A stretch of 64,000 nucleotides of DNA from Sphagnum compactum (Eukaryota). The notes below the pieces were generated by a model. That model saw only the letters and a list, made by a program, of their open reading frames with translations. It had not been told where the DNA came from and searched no databases. Made by a program: the position numbers and the translations under genes. Below are positions 26,301 through 37,818 of the stretch, one piece after another; the first letter of the stretch is position 1, and each line of letters starts with the position of its first letter. Location: positions 29,874,213 to 29,938,212 of the forward strand of contig OZ234493.1 in assembly GCA_965153455.1 (NCBI GenBank). The letters are read 5' to 3'.

Positions 26301-27610
26301 GAATTCCTTAAACTTGCAAGAGGTAGCAAGAAGTTTTTGAAACACCCAATGGTTCCCTAGTAGCAAATGTTGCACACCAAGTGTGGTAAAACCAAATTGA
26401 CTTGGTGGGTATATAGTCTTAAAGTCCGATTTTATCAAATCTGAAAATGAGCCACAAATTTCAACTTCACCACCAAAGTATTATGTTTGTCCTGTTTGTT
26501 TGTTTGTTGTAGTTTTACTTTGAAGTAACAACAATGCAAAAAACATATTCCATGTCAAACTAGCAACAAACTTTTCTCAAATGACAAGAAGTAACACAAT
26601 TTGTCTTTCTCCACTCCACTTTTTCAAGTTTGAAATCGAACAAGGAGAAATTATTTGTTGGGAAGGGAATTTGGTCTTTTTGCACAATACACCTTGACCT
26701 TGATCATCATCAATCATTGAATGTACCTTGTGGGGAAAAAAAGCTTAAAGTTCTTCACATATCTAGAAAGAGACAAGAAAAACTAGTAAGTAACTCAAAA
26801 AATGTAAGGAACAACATTCAACAAGTCTTCCCAAAAATACAATTTTTTAAGTTTGAGTTACCACTTTGTTCTATGGCCTGTTCCAAAATGGCATGGTACG
26901 AGTTTTGTACGGGTTGCTTTCATGTGGGGTCCTTTGTAAGATCGTTGTGAAGTAATAAGATGAATCCAACAACAAATATGAACTTGTCGGAACCTTCTTT
27001 GTTGTTGTTGTTGTAATGTGAATCATTACAAATCTATGAGTGAATGACCTAACTCATTGCCATCTTGCAAGAGCTTGTGGGTTCAAAACTCAAAAAAGAA
27101 AAAATAGAAAGTTTGGAGAGAAAAGGACTACCTACTTTAATAGCTTGTAGCAAAGATACTACATTCACTACTCCACCTTCAAACCAATCAATTGTTGTCA
27201 AATTCATGTTTTTTTTTGGGTTAAAATCAGGTTAGCTGCAAATGGATTTTACAATCTTGGAAGCTTTTTTTTTTGGTCACATCCAACCTCAATTAATTTC
27301 TATGTGTTTTCAAAAACTTATTTGGTCTACATGTTATGAATCATTTTTATGCAAAATGGAGGCATATATCTCAATTGCAATCTTGCGATATTCTTCCACA
27401 TGCTCCGAAAGAAGTTGGTGTGTCTTGAATGACTTTGGTAAAACCCCAAACAAGCTTTGTAGTCCCATCTTGTTTGGGACTGACTTGCTGGCTTCTCTCA
27501 ACCTTTCACCCTAATTGAAGAGATTGACAAATTGAATCCCACCACCTTGTAGAACCAAGTGGAATTGCAGTTCAGAATCTACATCTTATGAAAAGCCATG
27601 ATGATTATTA

Positions 27611-27994
27611 GAGCATCTCCAGCAATGCTCCATACGTGATCCTCCACAGTAAAATTGGATGAAGAGAAGTCAAAAAAATGCCAGTTTGGTTCAGGAAAAT
27701 GGTTTTAGCTCGGCATAATTCCATAAGTTGCGTTGGCTGGTTAAAAGGCGCAGCAACGCTCTGCAGGTACCTGCAGAAAAGAGTGTGATAAATAGGATCT
27801 GACTGCTGCTCAGTGTTTCTGATTGGCCCATCATGATGATTGGTCGAGGTGGTTTGCTATTAGTAGTCCCCCACCTATTTGCTCTCCCACTTTCAGTTCT
27901 ATGGGTGGGGTTGCAAAAAAAAGTAAATAACTAAACTTGGATGTGAAAAAAAAGTTTGCAGGGTCACAAATACTGAGGACAGCTGCAGATGCTC
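27611..27994. mobile_element. Tourist-like (PIF/Harbinger) MITE, 384 bp
   Basis: TIRs GAGCATCTCCAGC (27611) and GCTGCAGATGCTC (ends 27994) match at 12/13. TTA target-site duplication at 27608-27610 and 27995-27997. Confidence 0.85.
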
Positions 27995-28448
27995 TTACAT
28001 ACATGCCTAATAGAGCCTATTACATCCTTTTTGGTGTTGTGTAACTTGTAAATGTTGTTATTTGGAGATGATTCTTTGAAATCAATGAAGAAAAATTATC
28101 TTTCTCGATTCTATGTTTCTATTGGTTCAAACTTGGGGTGTGAGCTAATTGTGCTTGTCTTTGTTTGCCTTTTCAGGTGAAGAAATGAATGATGGGGGAA
28201 TGTGGGACCAGCAGCTCGAAGGCTTGGCCATGATGAAATGATGAATGAACAGCAAGGAGACCGAGCGAACCCCCAAGAAACCAAAAGAATAAGGTGATCG
28301 GGTGCCACCCTCACAACTACTCTTAAAACTTACTTCATTGGTCATCTCTATGATGGGGATTGAATGTTTATTTCAATTTACACAAGCATAAACTATAAAT
28401 TATGATGACATGGTATTTCTTTCCTTTATTCTCACTTAGAACGACTTT

Positions 28449-28606
28449 ACCCATACCCCGTATTTGGGCCTCTAGCAATATTTTTCGCATCTAATGTAGT
28501 GTGTTAATTATTTCCCAGTCCCAACCCATACCCCCCTATTTGGGCCTCTAGAAATATTTTTCACATCTAATAGAGTGTGTTAATTATTTCCCAATCCCCA
28601 CCCATA
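28449..28606. repeat. Tandem duplication, ~75-bp unit x2
   Basis: ACCCATACCCC.TATTTGGGCCTCTAG.AATATTTTTC.CATCTAAT..AGTGTGTTAATTATTTCCCA.TCCC occurs at 28449 and 28524. Confidence 0.85.
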
Positions 28607-28802
28607 AACATGAATAATTATACTATACAAAGTGAGAGACTATTTAAATGCACCAAGCTATGCCAATTATTACAACCAGCCAATTACAACACATAATTTT
28701 GATGTTCAATGCCTTTTCCAAGCACTGGATCTTGTGCACATTTATCAGTTTTGTTGTCCTCTTCGCCATTATTAAAAAAAAATCATTTCATTCTAAATAT
28801 AT

Positions 28803-29287
28803 TAGAGTTATCAGTAAAGTCACCCTGTCTTGGAGCCTGCTTTCATCCCCTCTTTCAGTGGTATCCATAGAGTAATGGAATTTTACTTAATATCAGTATG
28901 AAATGCGGAGACTCAGCATTTAGTGCACAAGGTTCGAGAATCATTCTAGTATTTGTACAGAGAAGAGCAGTGAAAATACATGTAGGAGTAGTGGAGGGCC
29001 GAGGCGCTCAGGAGAAAATGAAAGAGCACAAGGTTCGAGAATCATTCTAGTAGTTGTACAGAGAAGAGCAGTGAAAATACATGTAGGAGTAGTGGAGGGC
29101 CGAGGCGCTCAGGAGAAAATGAAAGACAGGATGAAACTCCAATTTATCACCAAAATTGATGGGAGACTAGTTTGGGTCCCAGTTAATCTGCTTTGTAAAG
29201 ATTTCATTCCCAGTTACGTGTTTGATGCCCTATTATGCCGAAACTGAACGTTCTCGCCCCCTAATCGCCACTTTAAGGATACCTCTA
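28803..29287. mobile_element. MITE-like element (family C) with an internal 101-bp tandem duplication
   Basis: Left end TAGAGTTATCAGTAAAGT matches the reverse complement of the right end, TAGAGGTATCCTTAAAGT, at 15/18. Internal duplication at 28925-29025 and 29026-29126. The body is homologous to 57790-58970. Confidence 0.75.
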
Positions 29288-32200
29288 TTATGCATGCAGA
29301 TCAGTTTTGTTGTTGTGGTGGAGCTACACTTAGAGCATCTTCAAAGGAGGTTCCATCTGATTTATATCCATCATATTGAAAATTCATCCAAAATTGTGGG
29401 TACACAAGTTCTTACTAATGTGGGGTGGAGACACTCCCTAAGGGCAACAGTACAATGAATGGCCACTACATAGTTTTTTTAGATGAAATAAAATAGCTTT
29501 CACATAGTGCTCCCAAAAGAAAGTTCAATTCTTGAATAGCCTGAAACTAAGTTTGGACTTATAATTCAATAATCTTCGAGAGGGTAAACCAAAAAATAAA
29601 TAAAAGTAAATTGATTGGGTGGTCATAATAATTCACCCTTGTGGTGGCATTAAAATAGTCCCTCAATTTTATTTTGTCCAATTTATCTTGTTTATGAATG
29701 AAGATGAGGGAAATAAATTGACACTCTATATTGGATATGGTAAACACTAATAGAAGCCCAAATAGGGGGTAATCCTTATTTCTCTTTACAAATCTATCCC
29801 TAGTCATAGAAAACATGAAAATGGGTTCCAAATCCATTCACATGAATTGTAGACTAGGTACTTGAAATTTTTTAGAGAGAAATCTAATGCCAGGAAGGTT
29901 GAAAGGATCAGTTCAATATGAGAAGTTGGCAATGGGCACAATTGTAAAACTAAATGGATTGAAAGATGATCAAACTAAGTCTTTGCAAATTCCTAGCTAC
30001 TTTGAAGCAAGGTAAGTTTGTTTTGTTTTGATTTGATTTGTACTTATGAGATCCACTGAACCGGGATGCTTTAGATAGCATTCTTGGGTCTCTTTGGAAA
30101 GTTCTCGAGGAGAAAGAAGGGTGTGCATGGGCTTGGTTTCGTGGCGTTTGGACTTGTGGTGTAGAAGTTTCTTGAATATTGAACGATTTCTTCACTGAAA
30201 GCTAAAGAATGTTCTTGTTGCCACAATATATGGCCATTCATTGTACCATCGAATTGCCTGGGTGGGTGATGGTTCCACCTAAGGAATGCATCCATAACGC
30301 CTAGTAGGGCAAGACATCATTCCATTAGGTGGTAATGGCTTCTTCTTCGACGGCATACTCTAGAGCATGACTCGTGTTCCACACTATTGATTCGCAATCC
30401 CTTGTTGTGGGTGGCGGTGGTTTTCTTCAACTATACACTAACTAACCAAGTAGTGGTTCCATGGGTGTTCTTCAAGGTTGGTATCCTACTAACACCTTCC
30501 AAATTCAAACCTCTTGTTAGTTTGTATTCCTTGATCCTTCTATGAGTTGGAATGAGGTTTGCCTTTGGATTCTTTCAACCTCCAACTTTGGTTATATTGT
30601 GTGAGCTGAAGTCATCGGTTTTTCTAATTTTTTTTGGATTTTTGCGATGCCCAATTATTTTTCATGTGGAAATGGCGGCCTGAGTATGTAAATTGCCACA
30701 TGTTGGAAAAACTTGCTTGTTGTCAAAGTTTTGCACATGCGATCTTTTGATCTTCATTCATGATGAATCATTTTTCAGGCCCCGGCAATTTTAGAGTACA
30801 TATTTGTCCCCATTTTGTCCACATGAGTAGTGGTAGGTGCAATGAGTCTTTTTTGTGTGACATTCGTGGTGATTTCGAATGCATCATTTTGATGAATTTG
30901 TGAGCCACAAGTGCTCAATTCATTCTCACTAGTGTAGCCTGCGCCGTCAGCCCAAGTCTAAACTGGTTACCCAACAGGTTTCCGTTCAACAAAATATTTT
31001 TGGGTAATTTAATTAAAATTTAAATGACAAAACTACTATTTTTCATTAAAATGATAAAATTGAATATCTCCATGTATATTAATTAGGACATTGTTTATGG
31101 TCTATTTGCCATCGACGGCCCTAATCGCCCAAGTGCTATTAACCATGTGATTCTAACAAAAAATAACATGCTAAGTTTGAGACCCAACCTAAGTTACCTA
31201 GTGTGTGGTTTTGGTCTTGAAATAGGTGTAATTTGGTGCCCCCACAAGCCTTTCTTTCCCTAGCAAGTGATCCCATACATTAAACACTATTATTTTGGAT
31301 CTTCCAAAGCTGAAATGAATCATGTAAACTTTCATGAATTTTAAACAAAATTATAATCATTTTTTATTATATGATTTGACATTTTTAAAATAAAAAAACA
31401 TTGGTTGAAGTCCAAAATCGTAAGTAACATAATTTAAATGGTTGCCATGATTCTACTTGTTGATGTTTAATCTTTAAAAGCTTTAATTTCATCAATATGT
31501 CCTTTAGTCTTGTAATTAGTTTCCAATCCTTTTGCATTTCTCATTCATCCCACTTTAAACATCTAGTCAAATTCTCATTGATCACGTTGATTTGATTTGA
31601 CAAGTTATTTTACTTTTAGCCTCAAAATGGTTGGAAATTTGTGGTACGAATATGTGTGATGCTAAAAATTGAGCTTCTATCCAATCATATTGAAATGAAA
31701 GAACTAGAATAATTCATTAAGTTTCATATTTTTGACACCAAACCAATGTTTAATTCATTTATCAACTACCCTTTGTATTTGACGGGGATTGAACATCCCA
31801 ACTATACTTACATTATCTCACCATGAAATTTAACGGAAAAAAATGTGATTTTTCTTGACAACCCATTTCTATGAATGTGAATGACTAGAATTGTAACTCT
31901 AATCTTTTCTAATTTGAAATAGTGATATTCTTCATAGTCGAAGTGGCCACTATTAAATTACATATATGATTTAGCATTTTTGAAAGGCGAATGAAGTTTT
32001 GAGCAACTTGTTAGTGGTAGGAAAAGTTAATATGTTAGGATTAGTTCATGCTCTCAATTTCTAATAAAATTTAAACCCATGCAAGATGGCAATGCTAACC
32101 AAAAGTCATCTACTTTAGTAGTAGAGAATTTCCACATTGGTGGGATTTACCGGTCTCATCCTTCCATTAGTTGGAAGACGGACCCAAGTGACCCCACAGT

Positions 32201-34076
32201 TATATGTATCATGTAATAGTTTCATCCAAAATCATCTAAATCTCCCAAAAACTTCATGAATATATAATTAGTAATGATCATATTCAAAGTATTTGGATTC
32301 TTGAATTTTCATGCCTTTACCAATTGATTAATCCAAAATCCAATGGATCACAAGTATTTTTTGAAAACAAATCCTCAACTCTCTAGACAATATATGGCTT
32401 AAATTGAATATTTAAATATACATGACTAATTGTACATTTAGTTATATGGTCCAATATTTCTATGTACCAAATACATGTTATTTCCTAGAACAAACCTTCT
32501 ATTTGAAAGCATGCCACGTGTTAGTACATTAAGGTCTTGATTATTATAATTTCAAATCCCATAAATGTTTTTCATAATTAGTGTGTTTTTGTTGAAAGAA
32601 TCAATTTACTTTTTATTGTTATCGATAGTGATCAAATGAATTTTAGTTCAACATGTTTATGATCCATGACAATAAAGATATTTACAAAATGAAGAGGGCT
32701 CAGATTGAAAGACAACAATTTTCCATTTAGGGGATGAGCTCAAAATGAGATCAACGCCTAACAACAACAAACAAATGTAGATTGATAATAAATTAAGGTT
32801 TAAGAATCCTTTTTTTTCTTTAACTTGGTGATAAAGTAAATTTCAACTTGAGTTTTTTAAGAAAATTCATTGCTATGTATGTTATGTAATAAAAATTCTA
32901 CCACATTTCTAAAGTTGATAGTGCCAATATTGTTATTTTGTGTTGAATTTTCTACCTTTGATTATGTGATTAAATCGCATAAGATAAATGGTCATAATTG
33001 AATAGTTTTTGGTGGATTTAGTTCAATTATGTTTACAACTTTCACACTGCTATATATTATTCCATTTGTGGAGGATGGATACATATAAATGTTACATGTT
33101 CTGTAATGGATATGCCCCAAACACATTTAATTTTTATTTGTTGGGGGTTTCACAAATAATACAATGTTCATCATAGCCCATGCATATAAAATAAAAAATG
33201 TTTAGACCACATGATAGGTAAAACTCATCACAAACTTACCAGGCTTCATAGGTTTGTACAAAAATTGTATGAATTATGTGTTATGGTTAATATGAATGAT
33301 ATATTGTATGTATTCAATATATTGAATATTCAAATGGATGAAACATTTTTTTTGAATGACATATGTGAATGCACTGTTTAACACACAAAAATGGCGTAGT
33401 TTTATGCAAAATTATATTGCGATAATTACACAAATTTAATCAAAATGTAAATCGTATGTATTACACATCAAAACATCATAAGTAAAAAAGACAAATCATT
33501 TATATGGAATTCATACATATTTCATGTCATTTTTGCAGTTTGAAGCTCATAGATTTTGCATGAACATAGAGTTTCACAATTTTGGGATGGATTCGATTGA
33601 AAGTTCATGATATTGGAAATTTATGACGCCTTCTTCTTTGTTGACGATTAAATGAAACCTTCGTATCAAGATTACGAACATCCTTTTTTTTTTAGGATGT
33701 CTTTATTAGGGTGTTTTTAGTAATTTTTAGTTTCAGGTAAAAAAAATTTAGTTTGATGAATGTCCCATCTAGGTTTAACACATGTTAGGGATTTCAAGGG
33801 GTATGGGAGACAATGAATGGGACACAACAAGGGATGGTAAGGGCATATCAAGGAATGATGGGGGATGATGAGGGCACACCAAGGGACACTGAAGGATGGA
33901 TGACAAGGGGATGTCAAAGGTGCAAAATAATGTTGGGGAATGAATGTCAAGGAATGTTGGGGAACATTGAAAATTTTGGGGAACGACAATAAAATTCTTT
34001 GGGAATATTAAATACCCCTTCCTCAAGGTGTGGGGTTCTGATATGCATTTTCAAAGGGTATAAATGGGGTATGGGA

Positions 34077-34097
34077 TTTAGGGTTTAGGGTTTAGGG
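34077..34097 (+). repeat. Interstitial plant telomere-type repeat (TTTAGGG)3
   Basis: Read directly from the sequence. Confidence 0.85.
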
Positions 34098-34541
34098 TTG
34101 AATACATACAAATGGATATTTTAGCTCCAAGTAACAAGTTTAGGGGTGAAAATTGAGGAGGGGTCATGTGGCATTGATTGCTTATTGGGTTTTGTGGGCA
34201 TGCATGAAAATGGTGAGTTTTCTTCAACTTGGAAAAATCACTTCGTATGGCATCAAAAAGAAGACGATAAGCTTAGTAGGAGTATATCATCGAAAAATGG
34301 ACTCAAAATTAGGGTCTTTGATGTATTTTGAAAATAATGAAAACCGTTGGTACAAATTCATTCTTGTAATGCTTGTTCCGTATAGTCTCAACTTCAAAAA
34401 TTTGCCAAAACCATTCACCCATTTAGACATAGCTTATAGCTTAACAAGTGCGAGATTATTATTTCATGGTGTTGCCAAATTGGATCTTAATAATAAATAA
34501 TAGGTGGGCAAAGTTTCCCAAAGAGACCACTTTGCTTCTTC

Positions 34542-34842
34542 TATTGGCCTTGCGTACTACCTCCCAGGGCAAGGATATATTGTGTTTAGATTCATTATAT
34601 AGAATATAGTAGTAGCTTCTTAAGGGATTTTGGCCCCTCCGAGGTCATAATAAATAATAGGTCTAGTTTTATATGAGGATTTTTGAAAGACGATATTTTG
34701 GCTTTTGTTGAACCCTAAACCCTAAACCCTAATGTGGGGCTTTTTGCATGGTGAAACATTAGGGTTTCCATAATTCTCCTTTTGCCTTAAGATACATTTT
34801 TTTAAATGTAGATGGCAAGGCCACACACCGACCCCCCTTGTT
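34542..34842 (-). mobile_element. Reverse-orientation copy of the 1173-1439 repeat, carrying a (CCCTAAA)~3 tract at 34711-34732
   Basis: The reverse complement aligns colinearly with 1173-1439. The telomeric tract is absent from copy 1. Confidence 0.7.
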
Positions 34843-35336
34843 CTTCATAAGTAAATAAATTCACTATACCTAAAAACAACACTTGCCAAAGAATTTGCCC
34901 TAAAAGATGATGATTGTCCTTAAGTCCTTACCTTCAAAAAAAAAAAAAAAACCCTCAATTCAAGGGACCTTACCGGCTTCAATTTTTTTTGCCCTCTCTT
35001 GCAGGGGCTTGTCGGAGGCCGTTATGTGTACTGACCGACCTCCCCGGCGGGCATTCTGTTTTTGCGAAAAAAACGCCCACCAATGCATCGCAACCGTCTA
35101 CGTAAGACGATCTTTGGCCATCCACATTCGAACAATGGAAAGAGTGTAGAAGAATTTTCACCAAGGTTTGTTCCACGGGCCGGCCGATTGGTGGGTTTCC
35201 AATGGATGGCGGTGTGCCGGGGTGGCTGTTGGTTCACTCTCTCGGCCACCACCGGTATGGGGAAAATTCATAAAATGGTACATCAAAGAGTGAGACGATA
35301 ATAATTTGTCAAAAGATTTGTATTAAAAAAGCCACC

Positions 35337-35494
35337 GGGGGTGTGTCACGGGGGGGGGGGTGGCCTTGCCATTTACATTAAAAACGTATCTTAAGGCCAA
35401 AAGAAAAAAATTATGAAAACTCAAAATATTTCACCATGCCAAAATATAATCTTCAAAAAAACAAATCCTCTAAAAAGAAACCAAAAAATCCTTC
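35337..35494 (+). mobile_element. Truncated forward copy of the 1173-1439 repeat
   Basis: GGGGGTGTGTCAC..TGGCCTTGCCATTTACATT..GTATCTTAAGGC..TTTCACCATGCCAAAAT..AATCCTCTAAAAAGAAACCAAAA. Homology stops just before the telomeric palindrome. Confidence 0.7.
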
Positions 35495-35502
35495 AAAATA
35501 TT

Positions 35503-35554
35503 GGTTTAGGGTTTAGGGTTTAGGGTTTAAACCCTAAACCCTAAACCCTAAACC
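35503..35554. repeat. Perfect 52-bp head-to-head telomeric palindrome GG(TTTAGGG)3TTT-AAA(CCCTAAA)3CC
   Basis: Read directly. The symmetry axis lies between 35528 and 35529. Confidence 0.92.
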
Positions 35555-37495
35555 TCCCCCCCCCATCAGTTTTTTCTCTTATGAATTTTGTGATATAGCC
35601 CCCAAAAGTGATGAGCATCCACAGCAAGATTTTAGCCAAAAGTGATGATCATCCATTTCGAAGAAGATGTATAGCCAAATCTGGCTATAAACCAAAATTA
35701 AAATGAAACTACAAATTTTTAAATCATCCTTTGTGACTACAATATTCTTGCCTTCTTTTATTGCAACATTTTATTTAGTTTTAATTTTGATTTTATTTAA
35801 TTTTTTTTTAATTTTGAAAATTTTTCATTGGGTTGCTGGCTAAAAAACAATTTGCCAGGAACAAAAAGGCTGGCTCCCATGCAGCTCCTGTACAGTACCC
35901 AACTTGGTTCTGAGCCTTTTGCACTGCATGGTTCTGGGTCTGTGCATGTTCTGTTCCGCAGCAGAAAAAGAAAATTAGATTCAAACAGACTTGCAACCAG
36001 GGGGTGCTTTCAAGCAATCAATGCAAAATATGATGCACTTGAACTCCTTATGAGTGCATAGTTCTGTCAAGTGCATAGTTCTGTCAAGCACTCTAGAGAA
36101 TTCCCGAACTGTATTTGGAGGTCACCTTATATCCCTGAATATCCCTCTTACAAAAGAGGAGGGTTCTTACACCTACTCCTTCAGAGTGGGAGTAAAAATC
36201 CTTCCCCTTGTATGCCTTGTGATCTGCATAAAGAACTGGTAGAATTTTTCTAGTGTATGAGGAATGTGCCTTACCCTCAATCAAATTTCAGTCAGTTTTT
36301 AGAGTTGATAGAGGATGGCACCTTATGCATAAGGTGCCTCCTCTCATTCTCAAACAAAATCACAGCCATTTCAAATTTTACCAGATCTTTTCACCAGGTA
36401 AGGACTAAGGACCTTGAATGCGATGATGGTTCAGGAAAATGGGATGATGGTTCAGGAAATTTGAGTCTTGTGCTCAACTCCTGCCTTGCACTTAGACCCT
36501 CGTTCCCAAAACTTCCCCCAGTCTTAGCCATTACCTCTACACATACGCTTTAAGTTCATGATAACGTTCACCTTGTGCTTTAAGATGGGTGAAGCCCACA
36601 GTTGGAAGACATTCCAAAAATGCGGGGCTAGTCTCAGCTACTGCCTCATCCTACACCCCTTCTTTCGGGAGTGCTCCCACCATGTCAGTTTATCCTACAG
36701 CCATGGCAGAGAGTAAGAGTGGTGCTCTCAGAGCTGAAGTTGTGAAAGTCTTCTGGACACTAACACCCTGCCAGAAATCTCATCTACTCCACCACAACTC
36801 AAAACAGTATTCTCCAGCAACTGCTTCCAGAATCCATGGACAAAGCAATTCATCCCCAACAAGAGCCTGTGAGTGCTGCTTGGATCCTCTTCGCCAGCTA
36901 TTATGTCAACAAGGAAAGGTGGTTCAATTGATTCTCCCCACCAATAGCACACATTCAAAGAGAAGTTTCAGCAATGAGAACTGACTTGCAGGAATGACCA
37001 CTGAAGGAGGTACCCATTTACAGCTCAAGCTTGACTTCTGCATTTCTTCTGTCCAGGAGAATTCAACTCAACACCAAAGCAGTAGCCTCTCTCATATAAC
37101 CAAACAATCTCCAAGCTTACAGAAGCTACCATGGTGGAGAAAGGCAGAGAAAGAGATGGGAATAAGGATTTGGGAAAGTTCACTGTACCAAGAGACTTCA
37201 GTGGAAAATATTGTGAAGCAGAACTTCAAAACAAATTTCAGAACAAAGTCAAAGGGCATCTTCTACTTTGCCATAGACCAGCTCACAAGACTTCTCTCTT
37301 GCTTTCTCTCTGATGAGTAATTCAAGCTTGCTGTGAAAATGTCATTCACATAGTCTCTGTCAGCCTATACTCAGAAGCTCCTTTTTGTGCAATCAATATT
37401 GCTCTTCACTGAGGACCATACAATCAAAATTTGAGCTGACACAAAGGCTGAACTGCTAATGCAATTCTTTGTGCAACAAGATGCCATAATGTAGC

Positions 37496-37630
37496 AAAGA
37501 AGGATGTGACCATCAGGAGCTCAGATATTGAAAACAGTAAACAAGAATAATGTGACCATCAGGAGCTCATGTACTGAAAACTGCAAACAAGAAAACGTGA
37601 CCATCAGGAGCTCATGTATTGAAAACAGCA
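37496..37630. repeat. Minisatellite, ~45-46-bp unit x3, downstream of BASS2
   Basis: GTGACCATCAGGAGCTCA..TA.TGAAAAC at 37506, 37552 and 37597. Confidence 0.85.
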
Positions 37631-37818
37631 TGTAGCACTGAGCAAACCGGAACATCACATGTACATATCATGATGAAGTGTTTTGCTCATATGCACTTTC
37701 TTGCAGAAACTTTCAAAGGATTGCATTTGAAGATGTGCAGGTGCAAGAGTATAATGCAGGAAAACAAAATTTGAAAGGGAAGTTGAAAGAAACTTTCACC
37801 ATGGGTGGGTGGCTACTA

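Larger units (their letters stand above)
17400..34500. other. Gene-free, AT-rich region rich in repeats and TE remnants
   Basis: No ORF with a recognisable domain. Contains MITEs, a foldback, tandem duplications, microsatellites and degenerate GGATGAA-type short repeats (22680-23000). Confidence 0.65.

Noticed and set aside
29333..29343. Second complete Tourist MITE
   Set aside because: Only a left TIR-like end is visible and no matching right end was found.
23400..31000. Short ORFs as transposase or retroelement remnants
   Set aside because: They are probably TE-derived, but I could not identify a diagnostic DDE, RT or integrase motif, so no family is called.
36728..36958. KQLLENTVLSCGG resembling an actin-related protein (ARP7-like) motif
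   Set aside because: The similarity is confined to about 10 residues, and no other actin-fold exons are visible nearby.
37496..37630. Constant core with variable spacers as a CRISPR-like array
   Set aside because: The spacers resemble one another, there are only three units, the context is eukaryotic, and no cas genes are present.
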